Shown: in pieces, positions 53,906 to 62,098 of the stretch | Numbering within the stretch: position 1 is the first letter of the stretch | Layout of the letters: every line of letters begins with the position of its first letter | IMG/VR virus record: IMGVR_UViG_3300027852_000039 | Coordinates: 11,761 to 75,760 of that record | Length of the DNA: 64,000 nucleotides | Reading direction: 5' to 3' (one strand) | Source: a virus | The notes under the pieces: generated by a model | What the model was told of the DNA's origin: nothing | Databases searched by the model: none | What the model saw: only the letters and a program-made list of their open reading frames with translations | Program-made: the position numbers and the translations under genes

Positions 53906-54363
53906 TCCTTCAGGAGAGACACCCTCCCGTAGACGGCGGGAGAACAGTCAAGGCGATTTGTTACGGAGTCCAGGACTTCGACGTCTTGACCTGTCCCGAG
54001 GAAGGCGCGCTCCTTCTCTGGAGACTTTCGTTCGAGATCGGGATGAAGGGGATCGAAGAGATCCGAGTCCGGTTCGGTCCGACCTTCGGGTACTCTGCGG
54101 TCCTCGTGATCGAGGAGTCTCACATCGCGGTGCATACCTGGACGGAGACGGGAGATCTCCGGATCATCGTGGACACTTGCAAGGGATTTTCGAAGCGGAC
54201 GCTGAAGGAATTCTTGAACAGAGAACTCTGTCCGAACTATATTCACATCTCAGAGATTCGCCGGAATCGGCCGGCTTCTTGGGTTCGCCTTTACCTGAAG
54301 GCGAGAAAACACCTTTCCCGGAGTCGCATCGGACGACGTAACGGGACACGGAAGGAGAAATGA
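53902..54363 (+). CDS. speD: S-adenosylmethionine decarboxylase proenzyme
   Basis: G.SAVLVIEESHIAVHTW.E...TC; pyruvoyl-forming ESH site. Confidence 0.85.
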   Translation: MILQERHPPVDGGRTVKAICYGVQDFDVLTCPEEGALLLWRLSFEIGMKGIEEIRVRFGPTFGYSAVLVIEESHIAVHTWTETGDLRIIVDTCKGFSKRTLKEFLNRELCPNYIHISEIRRNRPASWVRLYLKARKHLSRSRIGRRNGTRKEK

Positions 54364-56738
54364 ACATGCCGACTTACTCGATCATTATTCCCACGTTCAA
54401 CGGACTTCAGGTCTTGACGCAGTGCATGACCGCGCTCTTCAAGCATACGCGGGACTTCGAGGCCATTGTCGTCGACAACGGGTCGACGGACGGGACGCGC
54501 GGATACCTGGAGGACATCGAGAAGCGTCACGGGTATGCGGTGAGAACGATCTTCAACGAAATGAACATGGGGTTCGCTCGTGCGATCAATCAGGGACTCG
54601 AAGCGGCGAAAGGGGATTTCCTCGTATGGTTGAACAACGATGTTCTCGTAACTCCGGATTGGGCAGAGCATCTCCGATACGCCATGAACAACGCGCAACA
54701 GGTCAAGAACATCGATCGCGTCGGACTGATCGGACCCTGTACGAACTTTGCGGCGGGAAGACAGGCGGTCACTGACGCGAACGGAAATCCTCCGAGATAC
54801 CATCTCGGGAACCTGGACACCTTCGCGACGAACGCGCACAAACAGAACTCTCATAACTGGTACGACACGGGATTTCTCTCGGGGTTCTGTCTCATGATGA
54901 AGCGCGAGGTATACGAGGACGTCGGTCCCGTGGAGGAATGGTCCGAGTTCATGGAGGAAGGGAAGAGCAATCCCGGAGGATACGAAGACAACGACTACGT
55001 CGCGCGAGCGTGGCTAGCGGGATATCGATCGCTCATCTGTGGCGACACCTTCGTTCATCACTTCGGGAGCGTGACGCTTCAGAAGTTCCCGGACATGCGC
55101 GGGGGAGTGGCGAACGGAGAATTCCTCGTGAAGAAGTGGCAGAAGGAGTTCAACAAAGAGGGACAGAAGCTCGTCGCCGGGATCCGCGTGAAGTGGACAC
55201 AGAAGGATTGTCCTCTTCAGGAAGTCCTCGACAACGTCATCCGGTTCGCGGACGAGATCGTGATCGTGGATAACGGAATGTTGATCGAGGACAAGATGGT
55301 CGTCGCGGAACATCACGGAGTCGTCGATATCATCGAGACGGATGGACTTGACGAGCGGCGGGACAGGAATCTCCTCATCGCCATGGCGCGAGAAGCGGGA
55401 GCGGACTGGATGATCTCGGTCGATGCGGACGAGAAGTTCGAAGACAAGTTCGATCGAGCGTACGTCGAGCGTTTGATGAATCCTCCCTTCCCGATGTTCG
55501 CGTACTGCTTTCACTGGAATACGATGTGGGATTCCGTCGACAGGTTCAGGACGGACGGCGTCTTCGGACAGATCAGCGGCGCGAGAATGTTCCGGATGGT
55601 CCCCGGAGTGAAGATCGTCCTCGGGAACGATAAGGGGTTTCATTGCGGCAACATCCCGAACCATCCGAGCGAGTTCGTTCGATGGACCAACATCCGGATC
55701 AAGCATTACGGATACGTCGACCTCGAGGAGCGTCAAAGGAAATTCGATTGGTACGAGAAGAACGACACGGACAAACGACCGGAGTTAATCGGGGGACAGG
55801 ATTACGGACATCTCGTTCACAAGGACGTTAGTCTCTCCAATTGGGAAGACGATTGCGGAGTGACGCTGTGTATGTTGGGGAGGAACGAGGAAGAGTTCGT
55901 CCTCGAAGCACTTCGTCAATACTGGAGCTTCGTCGATCGGGTCGTGTTCGTCGATACGGGGTCGACGGACAAGACGAAGGAATATGCGAAGCTCATGGGT
56001 GCGGACGTCTTCGATTACAAGTGGAAGGACGACTTCTCAGCGGCGAGGAACTTCGCGTCCTCGAAGGCGACATCCCCGTGGATCTGGCAGATGGACCCGG
56101 ACGAGGACATCCCGCTCTCGAAGGGATGTCTCCCGGAGCTTCGGCGCATGATGCAGCGAGATGTCCATTGCATCCTGTTCTCGTTCCAAAACGTACATCC
56201 GAACGGTCCGGTCACGTTCTCCGAGAACATCCGCATGTTCCGGAGAGATCCTCGACTGTGGTTCGAGGGATGCGCTCACGAGACCTTCGACGAGGCGCTC
56301 GTGAACAACAAGGGTCTTCGAGTGGAGAAAGCGGGGTTCTCTTGCGTACACAAGGGATACCTCCGATCGAACGAGTTCGTCGCCGGGAAGATGAAATACT
56401 ATTACGATCTGAACCTCGAACAAGTGAAGAGGAACCCGAAGGACGTCCGTGCGATGCACTCGATCGCAACGCATCTCCTGAACCTCGGGAAGATTGACGA
56501 AGCAATGCAATGGCTGCTCAAAGCGGACGCGACGAAACCGTATCTTCTGGCCAAGAGACATCTCGCGCAGTTGTACGCGCGGTTCGCTGCGGATCAGTGC
56601 CGAGAAGCTCTCGGAGGATGCAAGTTCGTTCGGGTTGAAGATCATCAGTACATGGAGAACTTCATGAACGCGATGGGTCAGTTCAAGTTTATCAATATCC
56701 CTGTTCCGCACGAAGGGGAGAAACCCGTCGAGGGATGA
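54360..56738 (+). CDS. multi-domain glycosyltransferase (three GT2 domains plus TPR)
   Basis: VVDNGSTDGT/LNND; VDNG/VDADE/HYGY; VDTGSTDKT/DDFSAARN/DPDE/HE/H.GY; C-terminal TPR-like helices. Confidence 0.92.
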   Translation: MNMPTYSIIIPTFNGLQVLTQCMTALFKHTRDFEAIVVDNGSTDGTRGYLEDIEKRHGYAVRTIFNEMNMGFARAINQGLEAAKGDFLVWLNNDVLVTPDWAEHLRYAMNNAQQVKNIDRVGLIGPCTNFAAGRQAVTDANGNPPRYHLGNLDTFATNAHKQNSHNWYDTGFLSGFCLMMKREVYEDVGPVEEWSEFMEEGKSNPGGYEDNDYVARAWLAGYRSLICGDTFVHHFGSVTLQKFPDMRGGVANGEFLVKKWQKEFNKEGQKLVAGIRVKWTQKDCPLQEVLDNVIRFADEIVIVDNGMLIEDKMVVAEHHGVVDIIETDGLDERRDRNLLIAMAREAGADWMISVDADEKFEDKFDRAYVERLMNPPFPMFAYCFHWNTMWDSVDRFRTDGVFGQISGARMFRMVPGVKIVLGNDKGFHCGNIPNHPSEFVRWTNIRIKHYGYVDLEERQRKFDWYEKNDTDKRPELIGGQDYGHLVHKDVSLSNWEDDCGVTLCMLGRNEEEFVLEALRQYWSFVDRVVFVDTGSTDKTKEYAKLMGADVFDYKWKDDFSAARNFASSKATSPWIWQMDPDEDIPLSKGCLPELRRMMQRDVHCILFSFQNVHPNGPVTFSENIRMFRRDPRLWFEGCAHETFDEALVNNKGLRVEKAGFSCVHKGYLRSNEFVAGKMKYYYDLNLEQVKRNPKDVRAMHSIATHLLNLGKIDEAMQWLLKADATKPYLLAKRHLAQLYARFAADQCREALGGCKFVRVEDHQYMENFMNAMGQFKFINIPVPHEGEKPVEG

Positions 56739-56739
56739 G

Positions 56740-56835
56740 ATGTTGAAGCCCTATGTCGGATGGTACTACATACTCGCGGGGATCCTTTCGATCCTCGCAT
56801 GGATCGGAGCGATCGAGCTATTTCTGAGGTATTGA
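56740..56835 (+). CDS. 31-aa hydrophobic membrane peptide
   Basis: MLKPYVGWYYILAGILSILAWIGAIELFLRY fills the gap; below ORF-track cutoff. Confidence 0.5.
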   Translation: MLKPYVGWYYILAGILSILAWIGAIELFLRY

Positions 56836-56839
56836 AACA

Positions 56840-57319
56840 ATGGCGGTTAGACTGCAATGGAAGAACAGAGGGAAGGTCTTGAAGGACATCGTCGTCGCGG
56901 AAGAGCGTCTCGCGGTCGCGGGAGCGGGCGCGGTCGAGGAAGTGATCGACATGATTCACGTCGACTTCCGGAAGGCGGCGAGCTTGACGGATCATACCCT
57001 TGAGGATCTCGCGGCGCTCGGACATCCGTACGCGGTACGCGCTCCTCAACAGATCCATTCCCCGAACTGGCTCGTTCACAAACAGAGCGGATACTTGCAC
57101 GGGGCGATCGGGAAGAAACACGCGTCGCTCGGGAGCGTGATCTCGGGAGAGGTCTTCCTCGACATCCAGAAAGCTCCGCACGGGATCTTCGTCATCTTCG
57201 GAACGAGGAAGATGATCGCTCGTGATTTCATGGGAATGACGCTCCGCGAGAACATCGACCTGTACATCGACGGGTTCATGGACGTCCTTCGTATGGCGTC
57301 CGTCAAGTGGGCGGCGTAG
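56840..57319 (+). CDS. HK97 gp10-like tail completion protein
   Basis: SG.L...I, AP....V.FGTRKMIARDF. Confidence 0.8.
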   Translation: MAVRLQWKNRGKVLKDIVVAEERLAVAGAGAVEEVIDMIHVDFRKAASLTDHTLEDLAALGHPYAVRAPQQIHSPNWLVHKQSGYLHGAIGKKHASLGSVISGEVFLDIQKAPHGIFVIFGTRKMIARDFMGMTLRENIDLYIDGFMDVLRMASVKWAA

Positions 57320-57331
57320 AAGGAGGGAAGA

Positions 57332-57724
57332 ATGATCGCTGACGATCTTGAACAATTGCTTTACGAGACGCTGATCGCGGACGCGAACGTCAAGGGTCGG
57401 GTGTTGACCAGGGTGCATCCGAGCGAAATCGCTCTTGTCGCGAATCAGATGTTCCCTTGCATCTGTTACAGCTACGGAGAGGCGCGTCCCGAATGGGTCG
57501 GGTTTGTGGGTCCGGTCCCGATGACGTTTTGGGTTCATTCGTCCAAGGACTACGCGGAAGCTCAGGAGATCTTTCAGATCCTTTTCGACAAGCTTCACGC
57601 GAACCGATATGGAGACGCGAGAGTGAACACGGTCGGAAGGCTAGCGAGCGGACCCGGAAAGATGTACGACGGGGAGATCTATACGCTCGTGTCGATTTGG
57701 AACTTTACTTGTATCGGAGTGTAG
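57332..57724 (+). CDS. tail terminator protein (DUF3168-like)
   Basis: LYETL.AD......RV.P...FPCICY; position in tail module. Confidence 0.75.
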   Translation: MIADDLEQLLYETLIADANVKGRVLTRVHPSEIALVANQMFPCICYSYGEARPEWVGFVGPVPMTFWVHSSKDYAEAQEIFQILFDKLHANRYGDARVNTVGRLASGPGKMYDGEIYTLVSIWNFTCIGV

Positions 57725-57726
57725 AC

Positions 57727-58107
57727 ATGGGAAATCAGGCAAAGAACAAAGGACCGAAGAGTCCGGGAGAGCGGGGGGATCAGAACAGAGATTTCTTCGG
57801 AGACGAAGGACATCGAACCGAAGATCGAGCGGATTTCTTCATTCGATGTTCGTGCGACAACCTGATCTGTCGACAAAGCAAGGAGGATGCGAAGACGTTC
57901 AGGTTCAAGGAGAAGGAATTCTATCTCGAAGTGAACGATCCTGTTGCGATGTCGACGCGGTGTCGAAGATGCGCGCGGACGGTTCACATTCCGAACCGAG
58001 CGTCGAAAGAGAACTTCGACATCGTGAAAGACTTCGAGGAACTCGGTCGAGAGATGGAAGAAAAACGGAAAGGACATGAGAGTCCGAGAACTCCGTCGAA
58101 CGCTTGA
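57727..58107 (+). CDS. Zn-ribbon hypothetical protein
   Basis: IRCSCDNLIC...CRRC. Confidence 0.65.
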   Translation: MGNQAKNKGPKSPGERGDQNRDFFGDEGHRTEDRADFFIRCSCDNLICRQSKEDAKTFRFKEKEFYLEVNDPVAMSTRCRRCARTVHIPNRASKENFDIVKDFEELGREMEEKRKGHESPRTPSNA

Positions 58108-58140
58108 TGGGAAATCTACGACGGAAAGGAGGTGAGTACA

Positions 58141-58698
58141 ATGACAGAATTCAACATGCCGAGCTACACGGAAGCAGAACTGACTTTCGGACCCGCTGTG
58201 ATCTATCTCGGACCCTCTGACGGATCGACCCCTACGGTTGATGTCGGCGCGGTGTCAGAAGCGATTAATATCACCGTCACTCGTGAGATTGTCGACGTCA
58301 CGCAAGGGAATCCGGCGAGGATCATCAAGTCCTTCTGTATCTCCGAGCGCGTTGAGATTGCGCTTGAAGCGCTTCAGATCGACTTGACAAAACTTCCGTA
58401 TGCACTTGGAGCGGGAGAGACGGCGTATGCCGGAGGCGTTCAGACGTTCGAGTTCGGCGGGGACGTCAATGTGAAGGAAGCGGCGATGAAGCTCGTCCAC
58501 ATACATCCGGACGGAGCGACAGAGGAGCTTTACGCGTGGACGGTTCGAGGAAGCGGAAGTCTCGCAAGGGATTTCGCGCGAACTCCTACGCACGCGCATC
58601 CGATGACCTTGACAGTCCTGGACAGCACGGTGGATTGGGCGTCGAACAGTCTGACGGGAATAAAGCGCTACCTGAAGTGGAAGCTCACAGAGGCATAG
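58141..58698 (+). CDS. major tail (tube) protein
   Basis: LTFGPAVIY.G...DVGA....I; position before chaperone and tape measure. Confidence 0.75.
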   Translation: MTEFNMPSYTEAELTFGPAVIYLGPSDGSTPTVDVGAVSEAINITVTREIVDVTQGNPARIIKSFCISERVEIALEALQIDLTKLPYALGAGETAYAGGVQTFEFGGDVNVKEAAMKLVHIHPDGATEELYAWTVRGSGSLARDFARTPTHAHPMTLTVLDSTVDWASNSLTGIKRYLKWKLTEA

Positions 58699-58739
58699 GC
58701 TGAAGGGAGCGTACAGATCTTATGAAAGGAGATCTGAAC

Positions 58740-59273
58740 ATGAACGAAAAAGAATCGAAGGCACAAGAGATGCCGACTACGCAGCACCCCTCCGCTTCTG
58801 AAGCGGCGAAAGAGAACGAGGCTTTCAAGGACGCGATTCGATCGCGTTTTCCGAAAGAGATCAAAACCATCGACGGAGATCCGATCAAGATCAAGCCTAT
58901 CTCGTGGGGAAAGAGAACCCTCGCGCTCGACATTGTCGCGAAGGTATACGAAACGGTCATGAAGTCGGAAGGCGAGAATACAAGCTTCACATTCGTTCAA
59001 GCGAACCGCAACATGATGATAGAGTGTCCCGAGTACGTTGCGGAACTTGCGGCGATCGCAGTCGAAAAGGATGCGGAGTGGGTCAACAAGAACCTGGAGG
59101 ACGTCGTCGCCCTGGAGATTGTCAACCCTTTTTTCGAAAGTTCTATCTTGATCAAGGACGCCATGATGAAAGCGTACGTTCCGGAAGTGGCGGCGATGAT
59201 TCAAGCGTTTCTGTCCGAGATAGCGAAGGGTCCGAAGCAAGGACCGTCCCCTTCCGACTCATCTGGAGGATAG
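58740..59273 (+). CDS. tail assembly chaperone (G-like)
   Basis: Position between tail tube and tape measure. Confidence 0.7.
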   Translation: MNEKESKAQEMPTTQHPSASEAAKENEAFKDAIRSRFPKEIKTIDGDPIKIKPISWGKRTLALDIVAKVYETVMKSEGENTSFTFVQANRNMMIECPEYVAELAAIAVEKDAEWVNKNLEDVVALEIVNPFFESSILIKDAMMKAYVPEVAAMIQAFLSEIAKGPKQGPSPSDSSGG

Positions 59274-59482
59274 AACATATCTTTCAGGGGACGTACGGGA
59301 AGAGCGCTCTTCACGATTTCACGTACGAAGAGGTCGTCGCTCTTCTTGAGGTTATGCTCTCGGAGAAACCTCAGATTCCGGGAGCGTCGGATTCGAGCGA
59401 GTCAACACCGATAGCGACGGAGCAGGAAGTCGAGCGGTCGCGCGAGGTAGCAAAAGGTCTCGGGATCTTTGAAAAAGGATAA
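59126..59482 (+). CDS. tail assembly chaperone extension (GT-like) via -1 frameshift
   Basis: The -1 frame is open to 59482 (...WRIEHIF...DFTYEEVVALL); slippery C CCT TTT at 59126; start coordinate marks the candidate slip site. Confidence 0.5.
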   Translation, partial: PFFRKFYLDQGRHDESVRSGSGGDDSSVSVRDSEGSEARTVPFRLIWRIEHIFQGTYGKSALHDFTYEEVVALLEVMLSEKPQIPGASDSSESTPIATEQEVERSREVAKGLGIFEKG

Positions 59483-59485
59483 GAA

Positions 59486-62080
59486 ATGAGACTCGAAGAT
59501 ATCGTCGTCGGATGGAATCTTGATCTCACCGGACTGAAGAAAGGGATGTCCGGAGCGAAGACGCAAATCGATTCGTTCGACAAGCGTTTCTCTGCGGCGA
59601 CCGCGAAGCTTTCGAACAAATGGACAGGACTCGTCGGGACGATCGGGACCATCGCTCTTTTCAAGAAGGCGCTCGACTCTACGATCGAGTTCGAGAAGGG
59701 ACTCTCGGGAGTCGCGTCTCTTGTCGACGCGGATATGCGTCCTGCGATTTTCGGAATGAAGGAAGACCTTCAAAACCTTATGATTCAATACGGAGAGACG
59801 GGGAAGGCGACAACAAATGCTTTGTACAAGCTTCAGTCGTTCGGATTCGAAGGAAGGGACGCGCTAAAGGTTCTCGAAGTCGCGATGAAGGGAGCGACGG
59901 CGGGAGCGACGGACGTCGATACGTCGACGAATGCTCTCATTCAAACGATGAAGGCGTACGGATTGAGCGCGGACGAAGCACTGAAAGCTTCCGACTCTCT
60001 GTTTCTCGCGGTAAAGCGCGGAGGTACGGACTTCACAGCGCTCGCGTCGAACGTCGCGAAGGTTGCTCCGACAGCGGCGGCGGCGGGAATCAAAATGGAG
60101 GAGATGAACGCGGCGCTCGCGACCTTGACGGCGGTCGGCGGTACGACGGAAGAAGCGGTCGTCGGATTGCGAGGAGTGATCGATACCTTCCTGAAGTCCG
60201 AAGAGAAGTCTGTTGAAGCTGCGGCGAAGTTCGGAATCGAGTTGAGTTCTCAGACGTTGAAGACCGAAGGATTGACCGGAGTCATGAAGAAGCTCGAAGG
60301 CGCAACGGCGGACCAGGTTGCGGGGATCTTCCGTGAGTCTCAGGCGAGAACGGCGGTTCTGAAGCTCATGAGCGCGACCGAGGAGCAAGTCCGGAATCTC
60401 GACGAACAATTGACCACGTCGGGCGCAACGCAAAGCGCGTATGCGGTCAACGCGGACACCACAGCGCAAGCGATAAAACGATTCAATGCGGCGGTCGAGG
60501 TCTTCGGGGAACGTGCCACCCAGTGGTTTTTAGAGCCGTTGACAAAAGTGATCGAAATTTTCACGAATCTTGATTTTATTATCTCCGGATCCATTATCAC
60601 GTTGAAAGAATGGTCGCAAAAGGTCGCGCATTTCTTCGGGGAAATGGTTGCGGATATAGCGGGATTCATGGGGAAGCTTCCTGGAAAACTCGGAGCGCCG
60701 TTCCGTGAAGTCGAGGCGGAATTCAGGAAGACGATGGAGCGACAGAAGAAGAATCTTGAGAATCTTCGCGTGGTATGGAACGAAGAAGTCGACAAGCGTA
60801 TCGGTCTGGTCCAGGAAGAGCTTGACGCGAACATGAAGAAGGACGGCGCGATTGCCGACAGCGCGAAAAAGACAACCGGGAAACTCGGAGACGAGCAGGA
60901 AAAAAGAACCAAGAAGACAAAGAAGGAGCTTCAGAAGGAAATCGACGCGGCGATAAAGAAGGACAACGAACTCCTTGCGAGGACGGTCAACCGCGCGGAA
61001 GCGCAAGCGATCATCGAAGGGGATTACTGGAGACAGCGACTCGAACTCGAACACAAGCTCGTCCTCACCGGGGACAGAGAGATCAAGGAACAACTCGAAG
61101 AACTCGATCTCATTTACGCGGAGCGCTTCAAGAACGCGAACGAAGATATGTTCGAGTTCGTTTCGAAACTCGATCAGGCGAGAGCGAAGGAACACGGAGA
61201 AGTCCTCGATGAGATGAGCGCGAAGGAACAAGCGGTCGCGGCGAAACAGAAGGGCGATCTCGCGGGGGTCGCTCAGGGACACAGCAACGTCGCGAACGCG
61301 GCAACGACTGCGGGAAAGCAAGTTGTTGGGTCAATGCAAGAACAGGCAGTTCATATCAGGAAGGTCCGGGAAGAGTTTCAGGCTTACGCGGATCAAGTCG
61401 TCGCAATGAAGTATTTCGACATCCGAGGGATTGGAGCAACCGGAGGATACGTCGACACGGAAGGCGTTGAGTTTACGACTCTCGGAGGGATAACAGAGCT
61501 TTCACAGACGTTCCTCGCGAACATGGAGCGCTATTCTCAGTCGCTCGCGGAATGGGTCAAGGGGGGAAGATCGGGGAAAGCTCCCGCTCCTCCGTCGACT
61601 GCGGGTATCTCCCAACTTTCGGGAGCGTCTCTCAAAGATATCAAGAATGTCCCTCCTGAAGTGTATGAGGCGCAGGAGACGCTGAATAAGCTTCTTACGT
61701 ACAACACAAACGATTGGCTTCGTGAATATGGCTTGCTCGACACGACTCAGTCCGGACAGGGAGGAGGATCATCCAATCGAGGAGGAGGGACAACGTCCAT
61801 CATGAACGAAATAAGCACTCCGGGAAGAGGAACGCGATCGATGGGTATGGCTCCCCCCATCGGCCCGGTTCCCTTCCAAGATGCGGTTCCGATACAAGCG
61901 GACAAGGTCGTGAACAACTATTCGAATCAATATACGTTCAACTTTACCGCTCCGGAAGCTTTCGTAAAAGACGATCTTCAAAAATGGGTTGTCGATAAGA
62001 TCATTCCGGTCCTCAATCAGTTAGCTGCGAACGGTCGAATCCCGTGGGTCAGCAATAAACAGAACCCCTCCTTCAGCTAG
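59486..62080 (+). CDS. tape measure protein (TP901-type core)
   Basis: EFEKGLSGVASL, ALYKLQSFG, KGATAGATD, VAPTAAAAG, ALATLT; long helical body. Confidence 0.92.
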   Translation: MRLEDIVVGWNLDLTGLKKGMSGAKTQIDSFDKRFSAATAKLSNKWTGLVGTIGTIALFKKALDSTIEFEKGLSGVASLVDADMRPAIFGMKEDLQNLMIQYGETGKATTNALYKLQSFGFEGRDALKVLEVAMKGATAGATDVDTSTNALIQTMKAYGLSADEALKASDSLFLAVKRGGTDFTALASNVAKVAPTAAAAGIKMEEMNAALATLTAVGGTTEEAVVGLRGVIDTFLKSEEKSVEAAAKFGIELSSQTLKTEGLTGVMKKLEGATADQVAGIFRESQARTAVLKLMSATEEQVRNLDEQLTTSGATQSAYAVNADTTAQAIKRFNAAVEVFGERATQWFLEPLTKVIEIFTNLDFIISGSIITLKEWSQKVAHFFGEMVADIAGFMGKLPGKLGAPFREVEAEFRKTMERQKKNLENLRVVWNEEVDKRIGLVQEELDANMKKDGAIADSAKKTTGKLGDEQEKRTKKTKKELQKEIDAAIKKDNELLARTVNRAEAQAIIEGDYWRQRLELEHKLVLTGDREIKEQLEELDLIYAERFKNANEDMFEFVSKLDQARAKEHGEVLDEMSAKEQAVAAKQKGDLAGVAQGHSNVANAATTAGKQVVGSMQEQAVHIRKVREEFQAYADQVVAMKYFDIRGIGATGGYVDTEGVEFTTLGGITELSQTFLANMERYSQSLAEWVKGGRSGKAPAPPSTAGISQLSGASLKDIKNVPPEVYEAQETLNKLLTYNTNDWLREYGLLDTTQSGQGGGSSNRGGGTTSIMNEISTPGRGTRSMGMAPPIGPVPFQDAVPIQADKVVNNYSNQYTFNFTAPEAFVKDDLQKWVVDKIIPVLNQLAANGRIPWVSNKQNPSFS

Positions 62081-62098
62081 GACGGGAGGAATTCAGAG

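Larger units (their letters stand above)
46945..57764 (+). repeat. dispersed 14-bp repeat GGACCGAAGAGTCC (3 exact copies)
   Basis: 46945-46958, 53122-53135, 57751-57764; related GGACCGAGAGGTCC at 35924-35937. Confidence 0.8.
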
